From assembly GCA_964016885.1 (NCBI GenBank), contig OZ024743.1:268460001-268524000 (forward strand): a stretch of DNA of 64,000 nt, in the 5' to 3' direction. Shown here one piece after another: positions 25,553 through 38,500 of the stretch. Positions within the stretch are counted from its first letter, which is position 1. Every line of letters starts with the position of its first letter. The stretch comes from Eledone cirrhosa (taxonomy: Eukaryota). The position numbers were made by a program, and so were the translations under genes. The notes beneath the pieces are model-generated. The model did no database searches, was not told the origin of the DNA, and saw only the letters and a program-made list of their open reading frames with translations.

Positions 25553-26727
25553 CTGCTGCCAGCACCTTCTACGCAGAGGGCTGGGCATGACGTGGCTAAT
25601 GATGCGCAGACATGCGTTGAGGCTGCGACATCTCCCGATATTCTGCCTCAATGGTGAACAGGTGTGGTCGCCGTTTATCAGATGGGCCTTTCCGCAGCTC
25701 ATTCCTTTGACTGAGCTGCAGTCCTGGGTCAAGAAGAGACAGAGACTGGGTGGCTGGCACCTGGAATGTTGCCACTGCTCTCTACCAAGCGGGCAATGCG
25801 ATTAGAGGAACTTCCACTCTCGAGTTCTATAGAGGATTAGTGGTGGGCAAGTGCGATGACGCACTCGGAGAAGCTTTGGGCCTCGACGAAGTCGAACTGA
25901 CCAGTCTGTACCGGAGGACTTTTGGGCCGGGGACGATGGACAATTTCCAGAAATCCCTCGCTTGGCAGTGCTACCAGGGGGCACTGCCGGTTCGGGATAA
26001 ACTCTACAGACACGGAAGTGCAGTCAGACGGATCTGGCCAAGATGCGCACAGAACTACGAAGCCGTTCTGCACGCACTTGTCCAATGTCCGTGCATTACT
26101 GACTTGTGGAGTTATGTCGAACAGCTACTGTCGCGTGTGGAACGAATCCGGCTATCGGCCGAGTCCATAGTGAAGATCGATCCACCGCCTTCCTTAGGTC
26201 AGGAAGAGCAGGAAATTTTCCTGTCTGGTGGCAGTTGCGAAAGAGGTTATATGGTGGACCAGGTTAAAAGGACTGAAGACAGACACTTTTCTCTTCGGCC
26301 AATCCCTCTTCAACTTTTTCAGGTTTCACCTGGAAAGGAAGGTGAGGGTGGAGAGAGAAGGCTTCCCCCCAGTACATTTGCTAAAAGGTGGGTGAATGTG
26401 GAGAGAATGGCTCCTGTGAATGGGCCTACTCTGACCATGCGCCTATAGGCTAGCTAACTTGAGGAGAGGGGTGCTCTCCCTGGGTGCCCTAGAAGCGCAG
26501 GGTGGTTCAGGATTGGTGGGGTACCCGAGTCAGCCCAGGGTCGTCCACTCCTTATCGGGGAATTTATTTTGTTATATTTATGCATAGTTTATTTTGCATT
26601 TTTATATTTTCATTGTTAAATTAGTCTTGCCATTGTGCACTTTTACTCGACCTTATTGTAAACCCCCACTGTCCCTGTTTTGTATTGTCCCCTACATGTC
26701 GGCCCTTGTGGCTAATAAATGAAATCA
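25553..26727 (+). mobile_element. L1/Tx1-clade LINE 3' fragment (post-RT region, CCHC zf-RVT, 3'UTR)
   Basis: GLGMTWLMMRRHALRLRHL, W..YQGALPVRDKL.RHG....PRC....E.VLHAL..C; AATAAA at 26714 then (ATT)n; frameshifted; (ATT)n also on the 5' side. Confidence 0.8.
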
Positions 26728-26829
26728 TTGTTATTATTATTATTATTGTTACTACTATTATTACTTTTTTTTCTTCTGCCAATTCAATGATGTTCCAGAA
26801 CAATATAAAAGAGACAATTGTCAATTTAG

Positions 26830-29800
26830 GTTCTGGAACAAAAAAGATAATTGGCAATACGGGAAGGGGCCCCAGGTTATCACAGCCTGGGCCCGCTCGT
26901 CATCGTGCCATTGTAATTCAGCCAAACAAGGCATTTAGTCTTGGCTGCTGGAACGTACGGAAGCGTCCTGAACGAAGGACCGCTCTTGTTGCAAAGGAGC
27001 CTCGACGTTACGATCTTGACATCGTGGCTTTATCTGAGACGAGGTTAGCTGGAGATGGCCATCTTACAGAATTTTGTGGAGAATATACATTCTTCTGGAA
27101 AGGAAGAGATGAATGAACCAGAAGAGAGGCTGGGGTAGGATTTGCTGTTAAGACTGTTCTTGTGAATAAATTAGAAGAATTCCCAGTAGGGATTAGTGAG
27201 CGTCTTATGTCCATGAGAATTCCGCTGAACAAAGGAAGATATGCGACGCTGGTGAGTGTGTATGCTCCAACTATGAATTCTGTCGATGAAGAAAAAGTGT
27301 CCTTTTACCATGCCTTGAAAGGTGTTTTAAGAAATATCCCTCAGGCAGACAAAGTCATCGTGCTTGGTGAATTTAATGCTAGAGTGGGTCGGGATTTTAA
27401 CACATGGAATGTAATCGGAAGGCATGGGGTGGGAAAGTGTAACAACAATGGTATGCTCCTGCTGCAGATGTGTGAGGAGCTGGATCTGTGTGTTACCAAC
27501 ACCATATTCCAACAAAAGAACAAATTCAAGACCACATGGATGCATCCTGCATCTAAGGAATGGCATCTTTTGGACTACATCCTAGTCAGGATGCGTGACA
27601 AACAGGATGTGCAGTGTGTTCGTGCTCTTCGTGGAGATGAGTGCTGGACGGACCACCGCCTGGTACGCGCAAAAGTGAAACTAATCACTAAACGTAAAAT
27701 CCGGGCTCCTGGTGTTGCCCTGCCCAAAAGATTGAATGCTGCTCGTCTTAAGGATAAAAATGTGAAGAGGATATTGGATGAAGAGATGCAGGCTGCAGAT
27801 CTTGGTGAGGATTGGCCGACCCTTAAAAAGTCGGTTTATGATGTAGGCAGGCGTGTTCTGGGATTGATGCAGAGAAAACAGCAGGACTCTTTTAATGAGA
27901 ATGATGTACATATAGAAGACGTGTTGGCTGATAAGAGGCGTGCTCTGTCACGCTACTTGACGGCAAAACTACAGGAGAGGAATACGTTGCATGAGGAACT
28001 CAAGGATGTAAAATCACGTGTTAGGCGGAGTCTTTCTCAGATGAAGGATCACTGGTGGAGTGAGAAGTCTGGTGAGATACAAACTGCGTCAGATTCCAAT
28101 AACACAAAGCAGTTGTACAGTCTCTTGCGTGAGGTTTATGGACCGTCTTCTTCTCTGGTGACACCGCTTCGCAGCAAGGATGGCAAAGAACTTCTTCGTG
28201 ACTCACAAGGAATGCTACGAAGGTTGCGAGAGCACTTTGATGATCTTTTGAATCAGCCGTCTGTCGTCAGTGAAGATTTTCTCAATCTCATTCCAGAAAG
28301 TGCTGTGAAAGTAGCTCTCGCAGAACCTCCGACGCTTGTGGAGGTTGCACTGGCTATCTCGAAGCTGAACAGTGGAATGTCTCCAGGTATGGATGGCATA
28401 CATGCTGAGCTCCTACAATATGGTGGTGAGAGACTCCTGCAACATGAAGATGTTGCAGGAGTCTCTCTTTGTTTGGCAGGATATGGGTTAATGAATCCGT
28501 ACATGAGGACTGGGGAGATGCAGTAATGGTGGTCTTGTACAAGGGAAAGGGTAACAGGAATGATTGTGGGAACTACAGAGGTATATCATTGCTTTCTGTC
28601 GTAGGGAAAGTTTTATGTAGGGTGCTTCTGGACCGACTGCTGACAGACATTGCAGATTGTGTTCTTCCTGAAAGTCAATCTGGTTTTCGTGCTGGACGCG
28701 GCACTACTGATATGATCTTCTCAGCTAGACAGCTCCAGGAGAAATGCATGGAACAAGGTTTGGATCTGTATCAGGTATTTGTCGATCTGACAAAAGCTTT
28801 CGATACTGTTAACAGAGATGCATTATGGAAGGTTCTCCAGAAACTTGGTTGCCCTGATAAGTTCCTTGCTTTAGTTAGGTCTTTCCATGACGACATGAAG
28901 GCTTGGGTTAATGTCGGAGGTAACATGTCGGAGCCTATCTCAGTAAAAAATGGAGTGAAACAGAGGGATATTCCAGCACCGACCCTGTTTGCCATATACT
29001 TTGCAATGGTTTTCTGTATTGCATTCAGGAATTGCGAGTATGGTGTTTACATCCGATATCGAACCTCAGGCAGCATATTTAACATCAGGCGCTTTGCTGC
29101 AAAGACAAAAGTATTTACATTAATTATAAGAGACGTCTTGTATGCAGATGATTGCGATCTTGTAGCGCACACAGAGAGTGATATGCAGCACATTTTGAAT
29201 GCATTTTCTGACGCTTGCACTGCCCTGGGATTGACTGTCAGTCTTAAGAAAACCGTCGTCATGTACCAACCTACCCCTGGTAAGCAGTACAGTGAACCGA
29301 ATATCTATGTGTATGGTAAACGACTTGGAGTGGTTGATCAGTTTGTCTACCTGGGAAGCGCTGTCAATCGATACAGCAACCTTGATAGTGAAATCTCACT
29401 TAGGATTAGGAAAGCAAGTGATGCTAGAAAGGCGACTCTGGGGTCAGCGAGACATATGCAAGAGGACAAAGTTAAAGGTGTACAAGGCATGTGTGCTCTC
29501 TTGTCTTCTTTATGCCTGCGAGACCTGGGTCACATATCGACACCACCTTAAGCAATTGGAGCGTTTCCATCAGATGTGTCTCAGACGGATCCAGGGCGTT
29601 CACTAGAGGGACCACATCAGTGATGTCGAGATTTTGGAAAGCTTTATGTGTGACAGTATAGAAGCTCTTGTGCTTAAGCAACGACTCCGTTGGAGTGGTC
29701 ACCTTGCCAGGATGAAGGATTCTAGAATACCAAAACAACTCTTTTATGGAGAGTTAGTTAAAGGAAAACAACCGCCACATAAACCAAAAAAGAGGTATAA

Positions 29801-30570
29801 GGATTCCTTGAAAGCCTCTTTGAAAGACGCTAACATCTCTGCTGATACATCGGAAAATATTGCTACTGATCGTAATAAATGGAGAAAGACTGTATATGAG
29901 GGAAAATTTGCCTTTGAGACATCTCGAATCGCATACGAGAAAGTAAAGCGGGATGTGAGGAAGGGCATTGCACTTCCAGACGGCGAGGGTCCTCCTATGG
30001 TGCTGACATGCAGCGTCTGTGCGAGACTCTGCCTAAGCAAAATGGATTCGAAAGTCATCTTCGCAGTCATAAAGTAGGACCACTGGTTGACTACCAGGCT
30101 GCTGTTGGAGATACTACTCATCATGCTTGCCAAGCATATTGTAGAGAATGTAAATCAGCAGGAGGGCTCAAGCGACATGCAAAAGTACATGAACTCCAAA
30201 CACAGCAGACTATTCCCAGTGAATGTTTTGGGTGCCGACTCTGTGCAAGACATTTTAGATCATTGGCTGGGCTAAAAAGCCACATTCGATCGCAGCGCTA
30301 TTAGTTGCTATCGTGTGTGTGTAGATATGTTTATGTGTGTGCGTGTGTGTGTGTATATATATATGTATATGTATATTATTATTGTTGTTGTTGTCGTTGT
30401 TGTTATTATTATTATTATTATTGTTATTAATATATGTATATGTATATATGTATGTATATATATATATATGTATGTATGTGTGTGTATATATATATGTGTA
30501 TATATTTTTTTTTCTCGTGCAATGGCCATACTCGATAATGAGGGGGAAGCCATCATGTATGTATGTATGT
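26830..30570 (+). mobile_element. RTE-clade LINE (APE endonuclease + RT + C2H2 fingers), near full length, disrupted
   Basis: GCWNVR..DIVALSETRL, VSVYAPT, FNARVG, LDYIL..TDHRLV (APE); NYRGISLLS, QSGFR, FVDLTKAFD, YADD, FVYLGS, LRWSGHLARM (RT); stops at 27114 and 29604, frameshifts near 28450, 29425 and 30040; 3' terminus GGCCATACTCGATAATGAG..GCCATCAT(GTAT)n at 30524-30570. Confidence 0.93.
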
Positions 30571-31539
30571 AAGAATGTGTGTCTGCTAATTGTTTTGATT
30601 ATTTGTATTTTGCGAAACATGTGTGTTATGTATGGAATTCACTCTCGCAAAATCTTATTGATTTGAATCAATTTTCTCTTAAACTCTTTTTGTTATCGAT
30701 AGCTTACCTTTGTATCGTATATGCGAACAACTTTGCAATAAGTTTCTCAAATAGACGGCTAATGCTGAAAGATGGAAAACGTATTAAGTAAGTTAGAGTG
30801 GTAAATATATTGTATGTCTTTTGCCACGATGTTACGTGTTCGATATTATTGTGCTTCTCTTCCATAATTATCGAGTCGCAGGTGAGTTTGTTGGCTAATA
30901 TTGTTTGATTAAAATTTGGTACACGGATTTATGTTGAAGCTTGTAAACCTTATCATGATATAGTGTCTATTATATATATAATTACATTTGAGATAAACAG
31001 AGATTAAATTCCGGTCTAGAATTTCCATCACTTAACTTCTCGTTCACAAGTAGAATTTTGAAAAACGGTACTTAGTTTTGTAAGCATTGTAAATATGGAC
31101 CCCTTGGTTTTCAGGTGAGTATCTGATATTTCTCCTCGGTTATCTTCTATCATACATAAAAAATATAATTGAAAATACAAGAAATGCCCATACAGTGCAA
31201 AGAAAGTGAACTGCAATAGATTTGATGAAGGATACATACTATACATATAAATATCTAATTCCTAAACTTTGCATTGTATACAGGTCTGATCTCTCTATAA
31301 ATAACATAATTAACATGGTACATAAGATCATTGAGCATTCCTTAGAATTTAACCAGCAGCAACACAATAGTTTGGTCTATAACCGACCCCCGCTGCACTT
31401 TCTAGCCTTAATTGGAAATCGTGAAACAAAGGTAAACAATCACAATCATATGGTTAGTATTAAGAAACAAGAAGCATTTCAGAACGGCTCAAATGTCTGT
31501 CACCACAACCATACAAAGAAATCTCACATACATTTGATT

Positions 31540-32060
31540 CTAAATACAAGATGTGCACTTAGACCGATCTTCCAACATTTACATTTCCACCCTCACCTTC
31601 CTCTCCAAGTGGAACTTTAAAATGTTGATGAGGGATTGGCCGAAGAGTAAAGTGTCTGCCTTCAATCCTTCCAGCCACGTTCACCATGCAACCTCTTTCC
31701 CCACAGGCACCAACCAGCGGAAAACTGCTTGTTCTTCCTGGCCAAATGAAGGCTTGACTCGGTCGATAGTAGGATCCATCATTCACAGGATAATAGCTGT
31801 TCGATAAAATTTCACAAGTCAGTAATACTTGGACAATGAATGAGTGTGTACAGAACAGTTTCATCATTCTGTACATCACGGATAGGTTCGTTGTCCGCAG
31901 ATTTTATCTCGAACACGCAGGGATTTCTGGATGTCGTACATAGTCCCCAGTTCAAAAATCCTCCAACACAGACTGATCAGTTCAAACTTGTTTGTTACAA
32001 GGTGCTTCTCGTAGCGCTTGTGGCAAAGATCTCACTCTTACGCGATATTATTGCTTCGTG
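31540..32060 (-). pseudogene. L1/Tx1 3' fragment, diverged relative of 25750-26448
   Basis: Minus-strand ..RGCMV..GRHFTLRPIPHQHFKVPLGEEGEGG matches RGYMV..DRHFSLRPIPLQLFQVSPGKEGEGG. Confidence 0.8.
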
Positions 32061-32313
32061 ATATGAGGGCCATCGGTTCTTTATGAACACTGAAAAGGTC
32101 ACCATTTTGGCCCAAGCCTTTCTAGCTTGCATGAGTATTGGTGTTTGTATGGTAGGTTGTTTTGGTAGTATGTGCTTGCATTTGCTTCGTTGTGCTGCTG
32201 GTAGTAGCGGGTGTAGTGTTGGGGAATGTAGAGATGGTGGACTTTGATTTGTTGTGAGTGTATTAGTGTTTGCTGTGTGAGGGGTGCCTGTGTTTTCTGG
32301 TGTGTGTGTGTGT

Positions 32314-32399
<86 letters not shown>

Positions 32400-33289
32400 T
32401 GTAAGATGTTTTTGTTATGTGTTTTCGATTTTCTGCTTTTTCTTTTTTGGGGGTGGTGGTGGTTGGGGGGGGGGGGGGGGGATCATTGTCGATGTCCCTT
32501 TCGTCTTCACCTCACGATAGGGAGGGCCCTGTGACTCTTTCGGATGATGGTGGTAGTGTATGTTTGTTTGTGCGGAAGTCTATGTGTGTTTTTTGTGTTT
32601 GGAAGAGACAGGGAGATATTTTTCACGGAGTACCAGGGTGGTTTTGTTGGAGTCAGTTGTCGTTGGTGGTCGTGGAAGGGGTGGGGGTTCAGCTGCTGCT
32701 GTTGGTCCTTGTTCTGTCGTTGTTGCTGGTGGTGGTAGTGGTGTTGACGTTGTTGTTCTCTGCTGGTGTTGGTGCTACTGCTGCTGTTTATTTTTCTGCG
32801 TGGTTTTGTGTCATTGATTTTGTAGCGGTTTGGGTAGCACCTGGTGTTGGTAGTATGGGGAACCTTCTGGTTCCCTGCCTTGCATTGAGGGTAGAAAGCG
32901 CTTGCATCTCTATTTTACCCACCCAACTAAAACATGCAAATCCACTCAGCCTGGTAGGCGAATGAAGTCTACGAGTTTGTGGATGTCATCTGGTTTTATG
33001 TAGAACTGTACCTCCACATAAATCCCAGACTATTTCTCTTTTTGTATTCGTGTTTAGCTCCACTAGGACGATGCAGATCAATGTCCAGAAGATGTTTACT
33101 TATGGTGGGATTATTGAAATCTTACCCCTCACTCTCCTTCTTCCGAGATAAGAAGTGTACAATATATAGTTCTATCGCTTAGAGGGACAAACTGAAATGC
33201 CTGCAAACTGACTTGAACTGGCGTTGTGTTGTATATCTGGCCTTATTTCTTCCAGTACTCTCTATATTTCTGTCTGATTTGTTAAAAGG

Positions 33290-33450
33290 TAGGGGGAATG
33301 GCGGTATCGGTAAAGCGTCGGACGCCATACTTCGTGGCATGGAGTTATGTCCCTTTACGTCCTGAGTTCAAATCCCGCCGAGGTTAGCTTTGCTCGATTT
33401 AATCAACTTTCCCCACCAAAAAATGCTGGCCTTGTGCCCATTGTAGAAAT
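33290..33450 (+). mobile_element. tRNA-derived SINE, internally deleted
   Basis: A-box-like TGGCGGTATCGG, B-box GAGTTCAAATCCC, 3' GGCCTTGTGCCCATTGTAGAA; matches 62147-62333. Confidence 0.8.
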
Positions 33451-33812
33451 CATCATCATTTATTATTATTATTATCATCATTATTATTATTATTATAACG
33501 ATTAAATACAATAATAATTATGATTATTATTATAAGAATGGCAATAATAATCGAATAACAGTTTATTTTTTACATAATAATACCATAATACCATACAATA
33601 AGGACAAGCTTTCTGAATATTATAAAATAAATAAGAACGATTGAAGAAAAACTGACGAACAATGTTTGAATAATTTTAAATAACTAAATAAATAAATGCA
33701 AGAAAAATGTAGAAATATAGACATTTCTATTTAGATGAAATTCGAAAAAAACATCTTTTATTCGTTCATTTATATAAGTGGCAAAGGCTTCATAAACCGC
33801 TTTTAATTTTAC

Positions 33813-33851
<39 letters not shown>

Positions 33852-34025
33852 CATTTATTTTAACCCGATCGTTGATGCTGTTGTTGTCGGTGATGGTGTT
33901 TTCCAATTTTTTGTTTTTGGCTTTTATTAACCACTATTATATATTTTTCTTTTCTCCCTTTTTAATGACAGCGAAGACTTCGTACATTTTCATTGTTAGT
34001 GATGGATAAATTTGAATGAAATTGA

Positions 34026-34094
<69 letters not shown>

Positions 34095-34268
34095 GGGGAA
34101 GAAGGGAAGAAGACGCACGAGGTGACGGAGGTCATGAAATCGCTCCCGTAAGTTTTGAATTTTTAACATATTTAAATCATTTGTGAAATAACAACTCTTA
34201 GTACAAATGCTACGTAAAGCACCCGGCTTGAGCCCCAAAAAATTCGGACCCAAAATATATTGTTATAA

Positions 34269-34935
34269 GGCTCAAATATTCAAATGTTCAACTTTGTATT
34301 GTACACTGTATATCCAAAAAAAAAAATGGCTATAAATGGAAGAAGAAGAACCCCCCCCCCCCCTCCTCTCCTCTGGCTACACTATATAGGACAGCTAAAC
34401 TCACCAACACCAGAAACTAGATACACCGCCCACCCCATCATCTGTGTACACTAAACACAACAGCATTTTCACCTTCACCGCCACCGCTCACTACGGCCAT
34501 CATTGCCACCGCTGTCCCATCACCGCCGCCACCACCCCCTGACTCCTTCACTGCTGCTGCCACCGCTACAGCACCATCACTACAGTAATACGGCTCAAAT
34601 ATTCAAATATTCAACTTTGTATTGTACACTGTATATCCAAAAAAAAAAAAAAAAAAAATAAATAAAATAAAATGGCTATAAATGGAAGAAGAAGAACCCC
34701 CCCCCCCTCCTCTCCTCTGGCTACACTATATAGGACAGCGAAACTCACCAACACCAGAAACTAGATACACCACCCACCCCATCATCTGTGTACACTGAAC
34801 ACAACAGCATTTTCACCTCACCGCCACCGCTCACTGCGGCCATCATTGCCACCGCTGTCCCATCACCGCCGCCACCACCCCCTGACTCCTTCACTGCTGC
34901 TGCCACCGCTACAGCACCATCACTACAGTAATACG
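34269..34935. repeat. Near-identical tandem duplication (34269-34591 and 34592-34935)
   Basis: GGCTCAAATATTCAAAT..CCATCACTACAGTAATACGG repeated; units differ mainly in poly-A/poly-C length. Confidence 0.9.
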
Positions 34936-35505
34936 GTCGCATCACCGCCACCGCTGCCTCGGTATCGACATCACCGCCACCACTGTCTCAGTATCGCCAA
35001 CGCCGCTAGTCTCTGCTGGCTACCACTTCCACATTATAGAATTCCTACTACTAACAAAGAGGAAGGCATCAAAATATATAGATAGACTCAAAAGAAAAAA
35101 GAAAAAACAAACAACAAAAGCAGCACAGCAACAACAGTAAAAAACGAGAAAAACAGAGAAAAACAAAAACAAAAAAAGAAACCCCAAAAACGTAAAGAAA
35201 ATAAGAATGAAGAGAGAAGCAGGCGGACGGACAGAGAAGAGGGGGGGAAAAGTAAAACTTAAAAAACAAAAACTAAGTCGGACATTCGAATACTACATTA
35301 CAATGAAACTTATGCTTATTCATTTTTGGGGCCCTTTCTGCCCGTGTGTTTGTTTGTTTATGTGTGTCCGTATACAGCGTGGTGATAATGCCACACAAGG
35401 GCCAAGTGGGATGGCGGATCCACAGATGGCTATGTAAACATACATTCGCCAATCCTCGATAAGAGTGTTTAAATATCGAACATAAACAGTTCGAATAACG
35501 GTGAA

Positions 35506-38500
35506 ATGGAGACTAGAACGTCATGTGACAGACTCTCACCCAACAGGTGCCCCCTGGCTCAGCAGCAGGAACCTGACTGTCAACGAAATACTGCTGATGT
35601 TGGAGGAAGAAGAAGAAGGAAAGGGGCCAGAACCAACTGGACGAAAGAATTGAATAGAACTGTTATGCAATGCTACCTGAAAAGTAACCCCAAGGAGAGG
35701 GGCTACAGGAGACGGATGCATAACATCTGGAACGAGATTGGTTTATTTAAATTAGATGAACAAAAATTGGCCGGGCAGGCTCGGGTAATAAGAACTAATG
35801 GGTGGATAAGCGAGCTGGAACTGGAGGAACTGAGCAGAGAGAATGGCTTGGAGATGGCGGGTGTAGTATGCCAGACAAGCGAGCCGGCGGGAAATGAAGG
35901 TGAGGAGGTCCTGAGAGCGAAGGAACCACCCGAAGCAGACAATGATCTGAATACTGAGATAAATAATACCTGGAACAGAGATACGGCCACTGAGGAGATG
36001 AATGCTGACGGGCTAGGACAAGATTCGGTTGACATCCTAAATTTAGTGGTAGATGAGTTGAACAATGATAGTGGGAGACCTATGAACCTAAGATTTGTAG
36101 ACAGGAAAAAGTTAAAAGAAACAACAGCTAAGGTAAACAAAGTCATCCCATACCTTGAGGCGAGGAGTCTTCACCAGTGCAACAATATCCTCAAAGCAAC
36201 AGCAAATACGGTGAGGAAACTACTTGGTATAAAAGCGAGAGGAAACAACAGACAAGAAAGAGCAGAGCCGTGGTGGAAGAAGCGACTGAGTGGGCAAATC
36301 GGGGAAATGAGAAATGACATAGGAAAGCTTGAGTCACTACTGAATGGGACACTAAAAAACATAGGCACTAAAAATAGACTGGAAATAAAATACAAAACTA
36401 GGAGTAAAAAGCTAAATATTATCATAGAGGAATTGAAGCAACGCATTGTAGCAAAGAGTGCCAAAATCAGGCGATACGAGAACAGAGTCAGTCAGTATAA
36501 ACAGAACCGCATGTTCGACAACAACCAGAAGATGCTGTTTGGACAGCTTGAGGGGAAAGAAAGAGGCACCGACTTGACCCCTGGGGCGGAACAAGCTAAA
36601 ACATTCTGGAGAGGAATATGGGAGCAGGATGTTAGACACAATGCCCAGGCAGGGTGGATTGAGACAGTACAGAGGGAGATCGGTGAGCAGGCACAGCAAC
36701 AGACTGATTTGAGTATCACAGTTGAAACTCTTAAGGGGCAAGCCAAAAAACTAACCAACTGGAAATCACCAGGCCCAGATGGTGTGCAGGGGTATTGGAT
36801 TAAACATTTAACATCCCTCCACCCGAAGCTGACGGCCATGTTCAATGACTGCTTGGTGTCGGGTGAGGTGCCAGAGTGGTTGACAAAAGGTACCACAGTT
36901 CTGATAATGAAAGACCAAATCAAGGGTAATGATGTCACCAACTATAGACCTATCACATGTCTGCCCGTAATGTGGAAACTGTTGACGAGCATTGTGTCTG
37001 AGGAAATCTACCATCACCTCCACACAAACAACTTGTTGCCGGACGAACAGAAAGGATGCCGAAAGAAGTCACGTGGTACAAAGGACCAGTTGCTTATTGA
37101 TAAGATGGTAATGGGGAATTGCAGGAGGAGACACACTGATCTTGCCATGGGATGGATAGACTACAGAAAGGCATTTGACATGGTGCCTCATTCCTGGATC
37201 ACCAAAAGCCTGGAGATCTTCAGGGTGGCAGATAACATCAGACAGTTGCTGGGCAGGAGTATGGGGTCCTGGGAGACAGAGTTGACATCAACTGGAGTAT
37301 CCTTGGGAAGCGTGAAGATCAAGAGAGGTATCTTCCAGGGAGATAGCCTGTCCCCTCTGTTGTTTGTCCTTGCCCTGATGCCCTTGACCATTATGCTGCG
37401 AAAAGTGAGAGCAGGATACAGGTTGGGAAGGGGAGAGCTTACCATCAATCACCTCCTCTTCATGGACGACCTTAAGCTCTTCGGGAAAAGTGAGAAGGAG
37501 TTGGATGTGCTTGTTGACACTGTCCGTATTTTCAGCAGTGATATATGTATGCAGTTTGGTATTGGTAAATGTGGAGTCATTGTGATGAGGAGGGGTAGGT
37601 TGAGCAGAAGTAACGGGATCCAGATACCAACAGGTGAGATGATAAAGGAAATTGACTCTGAGGAAGGATACAAGTATTTGGGCGTTCTGGAGGCTGATGG
37701 CATAAAGAACAAAAAAATGAAGGAATTGTTAAGAACTGAATACATTCGGAGAGTAAGGAGCGTATTGAAGTCACATCTGAACAGCAGAAATGCCATAAGC
37801 GCAGTAAATTCCCGAGCTGTGTCTATTATTAGGTACAGTGCGGGAATTCTGAGATGGAATGTTGCTGAACAAAAAGAAATGGATAGGAAGACTAGGAAGC
37901 TATTGACTATCTACAACATGTTCCACAAGAGGAGTGATGTCGATAGACTCTACCTAAGGAGATCTGAGGGTGGAAGAGGTCTTATCAGCATAGAGGACTG
38001 TGTTCAGATGGAGAAAAACAACCTATACAAATACGTGACCTATAGTAAGGAGCCAATGCTCAGAGCTGTACTGAAGGAGGGGACAGTAGGCCAGGGGATA
38101 CCCAAGGAGGAAATAACATCAAGGAGGAAGAGCAGCCTTAAGGGAAAATCCCTTCATAGTACCTTCTTTGAGAAAACTGAATTTAGAGATCCACAGACAT
38201 GGAACTGGTTGAGAAGAGGAGACCTCAAAAAGGCTACAGAAGGAATGCTAATGGCTGCGCAGGAGCAGGCCCTCAAAACGAAGTGGTTGAAGCACCATAT
38301 CTACAAGGAGGAGGCTAGCCCACTGTGCAGGATCTGTGGAGAGAGAGAGGAGACTGTGGCTCACATTGTGTCCGAGTGTAAACACCTAGCCCAGACCCAC
38401 TATAAGGGCTGGAGACACGATGTGATGGGCAGGGTGATCCACTGGCACCTGTGCAAAGTAAACAATCTACCACATTCTGAGAAATGGTATGAGCATAGGC

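Noticed and set aside
32417-32965. 182-aa hydrophobic ORF, or minus-strand Tx1 ORF1 remnant
   Set aside because: Plus frame is GT-rich low complexity; the minus-strand zinc-knuckle resemblance is too decayed to support
35325-35505. Possible HDV-like ribozyme in the Dong leader (GGCCCTT/AAGGGCC, TCCTCG)
   Set aside because: P3/L3, P1.1 and J4/2 could not be assembled in the required order
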